Positions 8,411-17,927 of a stretch of DNA of 20,000 bases are shown piece after piece (positions within the stretch are counted from its first letter, which is position 1; the number at the start of each line of letters is the position of its first letter). Under the pieces are notes generated by a model, which was given only the letters and a program-made list of their open reading frames with translations, made no database searches and was not told where the DNA came from. Source of the stretch: an uncultured virus (IMG/VR IMGVR_UViG_3300025030_000078). Taxonomy: Duplodnaviria > Heunggongvirae > Uroviricota > Caudoviricetes. Location: the IMG/VR virus record IMGVR_UViG_3300025030_000078; one strand, 5' to 3'. The position numbers and the translations under genes were made by a program.

Positions 8411-11400
8411 ATGGGAGTCTTTTCAGAATCCTTCCTACAAAACAACAAGCCAAATGTAAGTGGTGGGCAGAACAATCAACCACAAACTCCTGTTTCTACG
8501 GGGGCTTTCGCCAAACAATTCGGCGTTGATGAAGGACTGCAATACAAAGCACCACAGCCAGTTGCTCCAATAACTACGCCCGAAACAGCACAACCACAAG
8601 AAGAGGTAGGGGTTTTAAAGAAAATACAAGACTTCGTTAATAATCTCGTCACTACAGCCAAACCAAGATTTAAAGAGGGAATGGAGGACGCAGGTCTTCT
8701 TGGAGGTATCGTTAATGTGATTTCTCCTTATAAGAGTAAAGAGGACAGAGAACGCTTTCAACAAAACATGAGAACATATACGGAGATGCCGAAAGGCGAA
8801 GAGATCTTAACTGAAATAGTTATGAATGTTGCCGCCAACAAGTTTGAGCAATTCGCGGCGGCAGGAGCAGGTATATCAGGAATTATTGATTCAAGAAGTT
8901 TAACTAAGTTTGATAAAGAACTTCTGCAAAGAAACGGCTATCTTGATGAGCAGGGGAATATAAAAAAAGGTAAGGTCGCTATTGAAACTGGAAAGAGTGT
9001 TTTAGATTTATCCATATTCTTCCCACAACTATATGTAGGACTAGAGGGTTTGGGAGTCCTTGCAACAGGAGGAAAAAGTTTAACTATAGCCGGAAAGACT
9101 GTTTCTCTTGGTAGAGTAGTGACGGGAACTATAGTAGGAGGAACTTATAATACTCTATACACCCCAAAACTAGAGAACATTTTAACCGATCCTGAAGTCG
9201 TAGGAGACGCGGGGAAAGAGTTTTTGATCGGAGCCGGTGTAGGAACCCTTATTTCACTTCCGGTTGAATTTATACGCGCCCCACGCGCTCCAAAGATACT
9301 TACACAAGTAGAGCAGACCGAATTAAAGGAACTGTACCTTGCTTTAGCCAAACAATATCACCCCGATTCCTTAATAAACGGAAGTGACGAGGCTTTCAAG
9401 AATGTCGTTCAACACTATGACGCCGGAGATATAGAGTGGTTAAGGAAATTAAACCAAGCTACACCCGAACAAGCCGAGTCTATTTTGAAAACTGTTCTAC
9501 CAAACAAGGACAAATTCGGAGGTTTATTAACAGAGAAAGCCGGAGTTGTTGCACCAGTACAGCCAGAGCAGACAGCAAGCACTTCGACAAACATAGTGCC
9601 AACGGAGAAACTAGGAAAACCCACACAAGTATATAGAGGAACTACAGTAGCCGGAGAAACTTTAAACACAACCAAAGTAAACGGATTAACACGCGGAGAA
9701 TCTACTTCTACAGACCTTGCGGTAGCCGAAAGATTTGCTGAAAAGAAGGGCGGAGAAATACAATCTTTTACTATTAGCCCCGAAGCTACAGTCATAAATC
9801 ATTCTTATTTAGAAGATCTAGTAAAGAATGTTAAAAGCCCTAAAGAACAATTTAATATCGTAGATAAGTTTATAACCGATAATAAGATAGATGTTGTTCG
9901 TTTCGATGTTCCGGAAGGATCTTTAGGAGAAGCAGAACTTAGGGTACTAAATCCCGATGTAGTAACCAAGTCAGAAATAATACCTACTACTACAGCCAAA
10001 ATATCTAAAAGTGAAGAAGCAATGCGAGATATTTATAAGCAGAATAAGGACGTCGTAGAACAGGCTCTAGGGGAAGTTTGGACCGAAATGGATATAGCAG
10101 AAGCCGGAAGGCGTATTACTTTTGAACAACCGGATACTTCCGAAAGAGGTGTTATAGGAATTAAATCTTCTTTTCCTTCTTGGGTCCCGGAAGATTTGAG
10201 AAGCAGAAAACTATTTGATGCTGTTATGGAAGGACTAACAGATATAGATAATATAAAATATCCTGCTAAAAATATGGTCGCAAGACGAGAATTATTTGAT
10301 GCAATCTTAGATGAAGTAGATCGTAGAGCCGGTGTTGATACTTCAAAATTGAGAAGTGATATACTTAGATTGTATGAAAAACCAACCGCAAAAACCCCAG
10401 TCACAGAAACTAAAAGACCTGTTCGTGAAAGCCCTACAGGAAGCAAAGAACCTGTTAGAAAGCCCCAAGAAGTCGAAAGAGAACGCCCCGAACATATCCA
10501 AAGGGGAATAGAAAAGTCAAAGAAACTAACTGAAAAAGAAGTATTGGCGAAAGCCAAACAATCTTTGAAGGCATACATAGATAGAAATCCTACACTTGAA
10601 AGATTCAAAAACGATGTAAGTAATGGAGGTCAAACTTTCGGAGACTTTGAAGGAGATCTTAATTACAACAAGGGAAATGTTTCTATCGAACTTGCAAACG
10701 GTAGAAAATTCAAATTCACAGCACAAGAAATATACGGAAGTAAACCGGCAGTAGTTAGAGAGAAAGTTACTGTATCAGCAAGAAAAACCATAAAAGAATC
10801 TGAAGTAAAAGGATTTAATCCTAAAAATTTAGAAGACCCCGTATCTCCGGAAGCCACAAAAGAAGCCGATAAAATAATAAAAAGAAGCGAAATAGCGAAA
10901 GAGTTAAGCGAAAAATTAGGTGTTCCTATCAGACAAGGAAAGTTTAGAACACCAAATGCGCTTGGTATTTATAAGACAAGGGCAAAGGTAGTTAGAATAA
11001 AGTCCGGGGGATTGCAGACAATCTTCCATGAAGTAGGTCATTTCTTGGACGATAAATTCACGTTCTCTAAAAATATCTCTATTAGTGAAAGAAAGGCATT
11101 GATGGCAGAGTATGGAAACGCTTACGCAAATCAACCAAAGAGACAACAAGAAGAAGCCTTCGCAGAATTTTTAAGATTTAGAATGACGGGACAAACAAAC
11201 AAAGTTAGTAAAATGGCTCCGTCTTTCTCGAAAGAATTCGAAAGTAGATTAGAAGAACTTCCCGAAATAAAAGACGTTATTGATACAGCAACAAGAGATT
11301 TCAAGCGATGGAATGAGCAACCGGCTACCGCCAAAGTTTTAAGTAATATCTCAACCGGAGCGCAGGAAAAAGATAATTTACTAAACAAAATAAATAATAC

Positions 11401-13957
11401 CCTACACGATATTTATACCGCAGGTATTGATGATCTACACCCACTATCAGAATTTTCAAAAATCGCAAAGAGAACTTTATCAGGTATTCCGGCAGATAAG
11501 GATCCATATATTCTTGCTAGAAACCTAAGAGGTTGGGTAGGGAAAGCAGAACTATTTTTAACAAAGGGAACTTTTGCAAAGAATTATTGGAGTGTTGACG
11601 GTAACAAAGTGAAGATGAATTTCACAGGCAAAAGTTACAGCGATATTATGAAGCCAATAGAAAAGGCTAAAATGTTGGACGAGTTCAGAGCCTACATTGT
11701 TTCCGAACGCGCCCTAGAATTAAACGCTAGAGGAATTAAAACGGGTATTAGCCCCGAAGATGCGAAAGCGGTCATAAAAGAATTAGACGCTAAAAACGAA
11801 TTGTTTAAAAAAGTATCGGAAGAAAGAAGAGCCTACAAGGATTCCTTATTAGAATACGCTAAGGATAGCGGACTGATAGGCACAGAGGGGTTGAAAAAGA
11901 TTAAGGAATTAAATAAATTCCATGTACCTTTTTATCGTGTTATGGAAGAAACCAACTCCGGATTCATGGGCGGTAAAAAGATTGCAGGAAATGTTTCAAG
12001 TCCTATAAAGAAAATAAAAGGATCCGAGAGGGATATCATAGATCCATTAGAAAGCGATGTTAAGGATACCTACGCAATAATCAACGCTTCTGAAAGAAAT
12101 AATATTGCTATAGCAATGGCAAATCTAGCATCACAACATTATGAACTTGGAAGATTGTTCGAAGAAGTTTCCGCCCCAATGCAAATGACTAAAGTTACCG
12201 GAGAGGAAATGGTAAAAAATATCTACAAGGCATTAAACATTGAGTCTTCAACCCCTGAAAGACCTTTTACCGATGAGGAGGAAACAGCCCTTGCGGAAGC
12301 GGTGTTTAATGTGTTCAGACCTTCTTATGCTAAAGGAGTGAATATGTTAAATGTAAATATGGGAGATCAAAGAAAAGTATTCCAAGTGGATCCCGATCTA
12401 TTCAAAGCAATTCAAGGTCTTAACTCCGAAGATGTTGGTGTAATAATGAAAATAGTTTCCATGCCTTCTAAATTGTTAAGAGCCGGAGCAACCTTATCTC
12501 CGGACTTCACGGTTAGAAATCCGCTTAGGGATCAGTTTACAGCTATGGTTTATTCTAACTACGGATTCGTACCCGGAATAGATCTTATAAGAGGAACTTT
12601 TGAATTGTTCAAAAAAGGAGATGTGTATAACTTGTGGAAAGCTAGTGGCGGGGAACACTCAATGCTTGTGTCAATGGATAGAGATTATCTACAAAAGAAC
12701 TTCAAAGACATTCTAAAAAACAATGGGGAAAAGGCACTTGATTATATTAAGAATCCGGTGGAACTTCTTAGAACCTTATCCGAACTTGGAGAACAAGGGA
12801 CACGTCTTGGAGAAATGAAAAGAGGTTTAGAAGCCTTAGTAAGAAAAAAAGCATCTTCACCTACAGAGGTAGCTTTTTCTACTAGAGAAGTAACCCTAGA
12901 CTTTGCCCGTATTGGAACTAAAACAAAAGCTGTAAATCTTCTTGTAGCGTTTTGGAATTCCAATGTACAGGGCACAGATAGAATGATTCGCGCGTTTAGA
13001 GACAAGCCTTTTAAAACCCTATTCAAGGTCTTGATGGGAATAACCCTTCCCTCTATTCTGCTTTATATGGCAAATAGAGATGATGAAAGATGGGACGAAA
13101 TACCCGGTTGGCAAAAAGATCTATTTTGGATTGTCTTAACAAAGGATCATATATACCGAATACCAAAACCTTTTGAACTTGGAGTTATTTTCGGAAGTGT
13201 TCCGGAAAGAATCCTAGAATTCATGGATAAAAAGGATCCTAAAATGTTAGAGGAATTGAAGAACTCTGTAGCAAATGGAGCGACTCCGGGATTCATTCCT
13301 ACTACACTTCTTCCAATAATAGAAAACATTTCTAACTACAGCTTCTTCTTAGATAGACCTATCGTTCCACAAGGAAAAGAAGATCTTCCGGCGGAAGCCC
13401 AATATGGAACATACACTAGCGAAGTTGCTAAATTATTAGGCAAAGCCTTAGAGTATTCTCCATCAAAGGTAGACAACCTTATTCAGGGATACGCCGGAGG
13501 TTTAGGAAAGTATGGGGTTAATATCATAGATAGCGTACTAAAAGGAACTGGTATTGTTTATGAACCAGTAGAACCGGCTAAATCTGTAGAAGACCTTCCG
13601 GTGATAAAAGCATTTATGATTAAACCTCCTACCGGATCCTCTTCCGAGAGTGTAAACAGAGTATATGAAATGTACGGAGAAGCAATTGGACAACTTCGCT
13701 ATGTGAAAAAACTAATGGAACAGGGAAGCAACGATGACGCGAAAGCGTTCGCGAAAAAGAATAGAGATGTGGTTTACGCACCACTATTGCAAACTACAAT
13801 ATCCACCTTTAGTGATATTAACAAAGCAAAAGAGGAAATAAGAAATAGCACTACTTTATCAGCCGAAAAGAAACGGGAGAAGATAAAGAAACTAGACGAT
13901 GCTCAATTAAAGATTGCACAAGAAGTTCTAAAACAAATCGAAGCCGATAAGAAATAA
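8411..13957 (+). CDS. Large polyvalent (probably injected) virion protein: hydrophobic segments, J-domain-like, ART-like, zincin metallopeptidase, LPD38-like C-terminus
   Basis: 1848 aa. Motifs: LAKQYHPD (HPD at 9359-9367); VYRG (9629), STS (9701), EAE (9929); IFHEVGH (HEVGH at 11027-11041) with downstream EEAFAE; C-terminal 'WQKDLFW...IPKPFELGVIF...PERILE...SPSKVDNLIQGYAGGLG', which is LPD38-like. Confidence 0.8.
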   Translation: MGVFSESFLQNNKPNVSGGQNNQPQTPVSTGAFAKQFGVDEGLQYKAPQPVAPITTPETAQPQEEVGVLKKIQDFVNNLVTTAKPRFKEGMEDAGLLGGIVNVISPYKSKEDRERFQQNMRTYTEMPKGEEILTEIVMNVAANKFEQFAAAGAGISGIIDSRSLTKFDKELLQRNGYLDEQGNIKKGKVAIETGKSVLDLSIFFPQLYVGLEGLGVLATGGKSLTIAGKTVSLGRVVTGTIVGGTYNTLYTPKLENILTDPEVVGDAGKEFLIGAGVGTLISLPVEFIRAPRAPKILTQVEQTELKELYLALAKQYHPDSLINGSDEAFKNVVQHYDAGDIEWLRKLNQATPEQAESILKTVLPNKDKFGGLLTEKAGVVAPVQPEQTASTSTNIVPTEKLGKPTQVYRGTTVAGETLNTTKVNGLTRGESTSTDLAVAERFAEKKGGEIQSFTISPEATVINHSYLEDLVKNVKSPKEQFNIVDKFITDNKIDVVRFDVPEGSLGEAELRVLNPDVVTKSEIIPTTTAKISKSEEAMRDIYKQNKDVVEQALGEVWTEMDIAEAGRRITFEQPDTSERGVIGIKSSFPSWVPEDLRSRKLFDAVMEGLTDIDNIKYPAKNMVARRELFDAILDEVDRRAGVDTSKLRSDILRLYEKPTAKTPVTETKRPVRESPTGSKEPVRKPQEVERERPEHIQRGIEKSKKLTEKEVLAKAKQSLKAYIDRNPTLERFKNDVSNGGQTFGDFEGDLNYNKGNVSIELANGRKFKFTAQEIYGSKPAVVREKVTVSARKTIKESEVKGFNPKNLEDPVSPEATKEADKIIKRSEIAKELSEKLGVPIRQGKFRTPNALGIYKTRAKVVRIKSGGLQTIFHEVGHFLDDKFTFSKNISISERKALMAEYGNAYANQPKRQQEEAFAEFLRFRMTGQTNKVSKMAPSFSKEFESRLEELPEIKDVIDTATRDFKRWNEQPATAKVLSNISTGAQEKDNLLNKINNTLHDIYTAGIDDLHPLSEFSKIAKRTLSGIPADKDPYILARNLRGWVGKAELFLTKGTFAKNYWSVDGNKVKMNFTGKSYSDIMKPIEKAKMLDEFRAYIVSERALELNARGIKTGISPEDAKAVIKELDAKNELFKKVSEERRAYKDSLLEYAKDSGLIGTEGLKKIKELNKFHVPFYRVMEETNSGFMGGKKIAGNVSSPIKKIKGSERDIIDPLESDVKDTYAIINASERNNIAIAMANLASQHYELGRLFEEVSAPMQMTKVTGEEMVKNIYKALNIESSTPERPFTDEEETALAEAVFNVFRPSYAKGVNMLNVNMGDQRKVFQVDPDLFKAIQGLNSEDVGVIMKIVSMPSKLLRAGATLSPDFTVRNPLRDQFTAMVYSNYGFVPGIDLIRGTFELFKKGDVYNLWKASGGEHSMLVSMDRDYLQKNFKDILKNNGEKALDYIKNPVELLRTLSELGEQGTRLGEMKRGLEALVRKKASSPTEVAFSTREVTLDFARIGTKTKAVNLLVAFWNSNVQGTDRMIRAFRDKPFKTLFKVLMGITLPSILLYMANRDDERWDEIPGWQKDLFWIVLTKDHIYRIPKPFELGVIFGSVPERILEFMDKKDPKMLEELKNSVANGATPGFIPTTLLPIIENISNYSFFLDRPIVPQGKEDLPAEAQYGTYTSEVAKLLGKALEYSPSKVDNLIQGYAGGLGKYGVNIIDSVLKGTGIVYEPVEPAKSVEDLPVIKAFMIKPPTGSSSESVNRVYEMYGEAIGQLRYVKKLMEQGSNDDAKAFAKKNRDVVYAPLLQTTISTFSDINKAKEEIRNSTTLSAEKKREKIKKLDDAQLKIAQEVLKQIEADKK

Positions 13958-13973
13958 GTGTAGAATTTAATTG

Positions 13974-14132
13974 ATGAGTAAGTTAGAAAAAACTATAGGA
14001 AATATAATTGCAGTAGTATTGACGGTAGTCGTTATACTCTCAACTTTCTATGTTGTTTTTTCTCTCGTGTTCGGTAAAGGTTATGGGAAGGGGCTTTACG
14101 GAAACAGAGGGGACTCTTACCTAGTAGAATAA
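13974..14132 (+). CDS. Small single-TM membrane protein (52 aa, not in the ORF track)
   Basis: MSKLEKTIGNIIAVVLTVVVILSTFYVVFSLVFGKGYGKGLYGNRGDSYLVE* fills the intergenic gap. TAGAAT lies 7 nt upstream of the ATG. Confidence 0.6.
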   Translation: MSKLEKTIGNIIAVVLTVVVILSTFYVVFSLVFGKGYGKGLYGNRGDSYLVE

Positions 14133-14151
14133 AAAATGCTTTAATTAAACT

Positions 14152-14349
14152 ATGGAAGAATTCTTTACAGCGATATCAAACTTTGGATTTCCCGTAGTCG
14201 TAGCCGGGTATTTACTCTTCCGTATAGAAAGTAAGATGGAAAGATTCAGCGATACTATGCAAAGAAACACGGAATCAAACATAAACTTAGTAAATGCAAT
14301 TAATAAGCTATCGGACGAGGTTAGGGAAGGACTTAGGAATCGTAAATGA
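14152..14349 (+). CDS. YvrJ-family-like small membrane protein (holin-like position)
   Basis: 'ISNFGFPVVVAGYLLFRIESKM' matches the YvrJ-type signature, followed by a coiled coil. Confidence 0.65.
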   Translation: MEEFFTAISNFGFPVVVAGYLLFRIESKMERFSDTMQRNTESNINLVNAINKLSDEVREGLRNRK

Positions 14350-14717
14350 CAAGCGATCTATTAAAACAAGCAGTAATATATGTAACAAACGCTCCGTTTT
14401 TTTGGGGATCTATGGGGTTCACGGTGGCGATAGCCATGTTTTCAGGAGTATTACTTTACGATGGACATTTAAATCAAATAAAAAAAGGTTTTGTTTCCGT
14501 TGTTTCCTACGCTTCTATAATATTTTGGGTAACAATTTCCCGTGTCTTACAAACAACCAGTAATCCAGAATTTATGAATCAGACTGTACACCCGGAGTAT
14601 GCTTACGCCGGAGCAATATCTTTGATCTTTATTACTCTTTCATGGTTACTTGGTATTTTAATAGGCGTTCTGATCTTCAGATACAAATATAAGGGACGCC
14701 ATGTTGACCAATTTTAA
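14346..14717 (+). CDS. Membrane protein with 3 TM segments (holin candidate)
   Basis: Three hydrophobic stretches, a basic C-terminus and ATGA coupling. Confidence 0.6.
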   Translation: MTSDLLKQAVIYVTNAPFFWGSMGFTVAIAMFSGVLLYDGHLNQIKKGFVSVVSYASIIFWVTISRVLQTTSNPEFMNQTVHPEYAYAGAISLIFITLSWLLGILIGVLIFRYKYKGRHVDQF

Positions 14718-14720
14718 AAG

Positions 14721-14729
14721 TGCTATAAT
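14721..14729 (+). promoter_or_regulatory. Consensus extended -10 (TG-C-TATAAT), 6 nt before ATG 14736
   Basis: Perfect TGnTATAAT with no SD between it and the start codon. Confidence 0.65.
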
Positions 14730-14735
14730 AAATAT

Positions 14736-15038
14736 ATGAAGTTATTTGACCTTTTAGACTTAGAAACTATTTGGGAATCTTTAAAAACCCCTATCAGACA
14801 GGCTTTACTTGCAGGATATTCCTTCTTATTAAATCAGATATTTGTCTTCATTGCCGAGAAATTTGGCTTTGAATTTACTCCTGAACAAAAACTACAGTTA
14901 ATTTCTTACGGCACTCCTATCGCTTGGGCGATCATATCTTTTATTGATAAAGTACTGCATCAACTTGGAAAGAAGACAGGTAGTTTGAAACTTACCTACG
15001 GTCTTACTCCATACCTAGAGAAAATTAAACAAGCATGA
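14736..15038 (+). CDS. Membrane protein with about 2 TM segments (holin candidate)
   Basis: 100 aa with two hydrophobic segments, directly upstream of and coupled (ATGA) to the peptidase gene. Confidence 0.55.
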   Translation: MKLFDLLDLETIWESLKTPIRQALLAGYSFLLNQIFVFIAEKFGFEFTPEQKLQLISYGTPIAWAIISFIDKVLHQLGKKTGSLKLTYGLTPYLEKIKQA

Positions 15039-15946
15039 ATAAAATAAAACTTCCAACCATTTATTCCCAATGGGATAGTAAATGGGCAAATGAAATACTA
15101 GGCTTCAACGCCACTAATTCCGGCTTTAATATATATAATTACGGTTGCCTTATTACTTGTATCGCAATGGCTTTGGAATACTACGGTAAAAAGGAAACAC
15201 CAAGTGATATAAACGAAGATCTTAGAGATTCAAACGGTTTTGCTCCTGATAGTGGAAACTATGTTTGGGGATCCGCCCCTAAAATCTTCAAACAAATAAA
15301 AGAGGAAAAACACATTATAACTCCTTACCTATTAACAGACGAACAAATGCAAGAAATAAAAGGATCTTTAGATATTGGATATCCGGTAATGGTACAGCTT
15401 GATTCCAACCCTAAAACCGTAGCTTTAGATATGCACTTTGTCCTTCTTATTGGCTACAATCCTTCAGACGAAAATGACTTTTTAATCGCCGATCCTTTAG
15501 GCGGTATTGAACAAAGTTTGAAAAAATACTTAGGTTGGTTTAGACCAAGTGCTAGAAAAACCATTGAAAGTTACACCATACTAAAAGGTGATCTTCCTAT
15601 TACTGATGAATTAAAAGATAAGATCATAGACTTTGACGATCCGGAAGGAAAAAGAAGATCCGTACTATGGTATGTAAAATCATGGTTCGATCAAAAGATG
15701 GACAAACAAAATCAGAAAACCGAATACGAAGCGCAGTTAAAAAAGAAGGACGAACTATTCTTACAAAACGCCAATCTTTTAACCGCTTCCACGAAAGAGG
15801 TCGCTAGAAAAGAGACAAAGATCCAAGAAATGTCCGTTAAAATAACAACCTTAGAGAAGGAAAACGCTAGGTTAATAGATCAAAACGCATCATTATTTCA
15901 ATTCGTTGATCTAATAAAAATGGCTTTGAGTAAACTTAAATTGTAA
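15035..15946 (+). CDS. C39-like (papain-fold) cysteine peptidase with C-terminal coiled coil; putative endolysin
   Basis: Motifs YSQWDSKW, YGCLITCIAM (Cys), MHFVLL (His) and IADP (Asp). Follows the membrane-protein genes. Confidence 0.75.
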   Translation: MNKIKLPTIYSQWDSKWANEILGFNATNSGFNIYNYGCLITCIAMALEYYGKKETPSDINEDLRDSNGFAPDSGNYVWGSAPKIFKQIKEEKHIITPYLLTDEQMQEIKGSLDIGYPVMVQLDSNPKTVALDMHFVLLIGYNPSDENDFLIADPLGGIEQSLKKYLGWFRPSARKTIESYTILKGDLPITDELKDKIIDFDDPEGKRRSVLWYVKSWFDQKMDKQNQKTEYEAQLKKKDELFLQNANLLTASTKEVARKETKIQEMSVKITTLEKENARLIDQNASLFQFVDLIKMALSKLKL

Positions 15947-16292
15947 AATCGGATAAGGTTATTTCTCTAACTACTACTTCCCACATTTTTCTTTTACCGG
16001 TCTTGCCTTTCTTTCCCCAACCGTGAACATATATTTTTGCTCCCGCTTGTAGCCAGTATTTAGCTTCCGGAATTGCCAGTATTTTCTTTATTCTAGTTGA
16101 TGTGTTTCCGATAGAAGTTGTTTGTACGCCGAATATCTTTCCGTCAAAATGGCTGATAGCCACTATATCAATAAATCCGAATAGATCCACGCGTACCCTT
16201 CCGTAAGGATTCCATCTTTCAACCACTTGCGCGGTGTATTTTTGATCCCTTAAATACCTCAAAGATCTTTGAGCCGGTGTTATAGATCCCAT
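15936..16292 (-). CDS. PD-(D/E)XK-type endonuclease (Holliday junction resolvase/VRR-NUC-like)
   Basis: 'LRDQKY..QVVE...DLFGFIDIVAI...GVQTTS' fits the restriction-endonuclease fold, with Q-x-T in place of E-x-K. Confidence 0.65.
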   Translation of the reverse strand: MGSITPAQRSLRYLRDQKYTAQVVERWNPYGRVRVDLFGFIDIVAISHFDGKIFGVQTTSIGNTSTRIKKILAIPEAKYWLQAGAKIYVHGWGKKGKTGKRKMWEVVVREITLSDFTI

Positions 16293-17488
16293 AAATTCTC
16301 CTTCTTTTTAACTTCAAATTGGTATAGAGGTGTTCCGTGCCAAGATCCGGATTCAGACAACAGTTCCCATTTATCCCTCTTTTCTAAGCGTATGGTTTCG
16401 ATTCTACCGAGACTTTTAACAGTAGAGGTTAAATCTATCACCTTACACGCCTTCTTCCCCTCTGCGCGTCTCACACCGCGTCCCAGCATCTGATAATAAA
16501 GACCTATGGATCTTGTGGGTCTAAGCAAAACTATCGCGTCCAGTTCCGGAAAATCAAACCCAGTAGTCAAAACACCCACATTGAAGACGGTCTTTATCTT
16601 GCCATTCCTAAACGCTGAAATTACCCCGTCACGCGATTTTCTACTGCTTTTAGATGTAACTACCGCCGAACCCTCTACAAACGATTGTAGACGCTCTGCT
16701 TGGACTACAGAAGAGCAAAAAACAAGGACATGGGAAGCCAATTCTTCAGCTAAGAATACTGCTTCTAAGATCTTTTCCTCCTCTCCGGAGATTTTTTCTT
16801 CGAATTTTTCAAGGTCAAAATCGGATCCGGATTTGTTAGTTGGTATATCTTTGTGATCCAACAGGGATTTATCTATGTACTTTAAAGGTAAAAGATGCCC
16901 TTCTTTTATAAGTTCCTGATTGTTTATATTGTAAATAATACGATGCCAAAACCTTCCTTTCATTCTGTTTATTAGTTTAATTGCTGTATGTGCTATGAAG
17001 GTTCCGTAGGTAGTTCGTTCGTAGGAGACGTCCATTCGGTACGGTGTCGCGGTTAGACCTATTACTTTTGGATTTCCGATGGCTTCTAAGAATTGAGTAA
17101 ACATACCATCTAAATTCTTAGGATTTACTAAGTGGCACTCGTCTATGATTATGTATTTAAAGTGAACGAACTCTTCCGGCTTTTTGTAAATACTTTGTAT
17201 CGTTGCGAAAGTAAATTTAGAAATATCTTTTCTACCGGCGGAAGCCGAATATATTCCAATAAGTTCGTCCGGAACGTATGCCAACAGTTTTTCGTAGTTT
17301 TGTCGTAAAATTTCACGACTAGGTTGAAGAATAAGAATTGGTTGATTTAATCTAACGACAAGTTCTGCTATCACTAGAGATTTACCCGCACCGGTAGGGA
17401 GAACACAAATATCTGCTCCATTTAGCGATTGACTCCAAAGAAGTTTATCAACTGCCTCTTCCTGATACGATCTTAATTTATATTGCAT
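16280..17488 (-). CDS. SF2 DExH helicase (RadD/YejH/UvsW-like)
   Basis: Motifs LRSYQ (Q), PTGAGKS (I), DECH (II), TAT (III), LTTGFDFP (V) and QMLGRGVR (VI). Confidence 0.93.
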   Translation of the reverse strand: MQYKLRSYQEEAVDKLLWSQSLNGADICVLPTGAGKSLVIAELVVRLNQPILILQPSREILRQNYEKLLAYVPDELIGIYSASAGRKDISKFTFATIQSIYKKPEEFVHFKYIIIDECHLVNPKNLDGMFTQFLEAIGNPKVIGLTATPYRMDVSYERTTYGTFIAHTAIKLINRMKGRFWHRIIYNINNQELIKEGHLLPLKYIDKSLLDHKDIPTNKSGSDFDLEKFEEKISGEEEKILEAVFLAEELASHVLVFCSSVVQAERLQSFVEGSAVVTSKSSRKSRDGVISAFRNGKIKTVFNVGVLTTGFDFPELDAIVLLRPTRSIGLYYQMLGRGVRRAEGKKACKVIDLTSTVKSLGRIETIRLEKRDKWELLSESGSWHGTPLYQFEVKKKENLWDL

Positions 17489-17921
17489 GTTCTTTTCTTG
17501 CTTTCATATATGCTTTGTGGGCATCTTTTGGGTCAGAAAAGCTTCCTAAATAAATTCTTTTTTTATTTATAACTATCATTGAGTAGAAAGTATTTTTTGT
17601 CCTAAATACACCAATATATCCTGTTTTGTTCTTTCTTAAAAATCTTTTATTAAACGACTGCTCTCCGTAAGTTGCCCATCTAACATTACCCGGCTCGTAT
17701 CCTTTCGAATTATCAATTCTTTCTATCGTATGCTTTATTGTCGGAGGGTCACCTAGATATTCGTAAAACTTACTAAAAGAGTTTTTCCATTCTTCACAAA
17801 GAAAAATTCCCCTTCCCCCGTAGTTTTCATAACCAGTAGCTGAAACCTTAGACGTGCGTCTTTTTATTGTTTTCCATCTGGCATAAATAGCCGTTCCTGT
17901 TTTACCGTGAAATTCTTTCAT
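17478..17921 (-). CDS. HNH-type homing endonuclease with C-terminal AP2 domain
   Basis: 'YGGRGI..CEEW...TIERIDNSKGYEPGNVRWAT..EQ..N' followed by the AP2-like 'NKTGYIGV...RIYLGSF.....AHKAY'. Confidence 0.85.
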   Translation of the reverse strand: MKEFHGKTGTAIYARWKTIKRRTSKVSATGYENYGGRGIFLCEEWKNSFSKFYEYLGDPPTIKHTIERIDNSKGYEPGNVRWATYGEQSFNKRFLRKNKTGYIGVFRTKNTFYSMIVINKKRIYLGSFSDPKDAHKAYMKARKEHAI

Positions 17922-17927
17922 TTATCG

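Noticed and set aside
7328..13329. Many short minus-strand and alternative-frame ORFs within the large genes (e.g. 10033..10608, 9415..9795)
   Set aside because: They are fully nested in long, motif-bearing + strand genes and have no recognisable features.
15936..15946. Terminator at the convergence of the two transcription units
   Set aside because: The genes overlap by 11 bp and no hairpin with a U-tract is visible.
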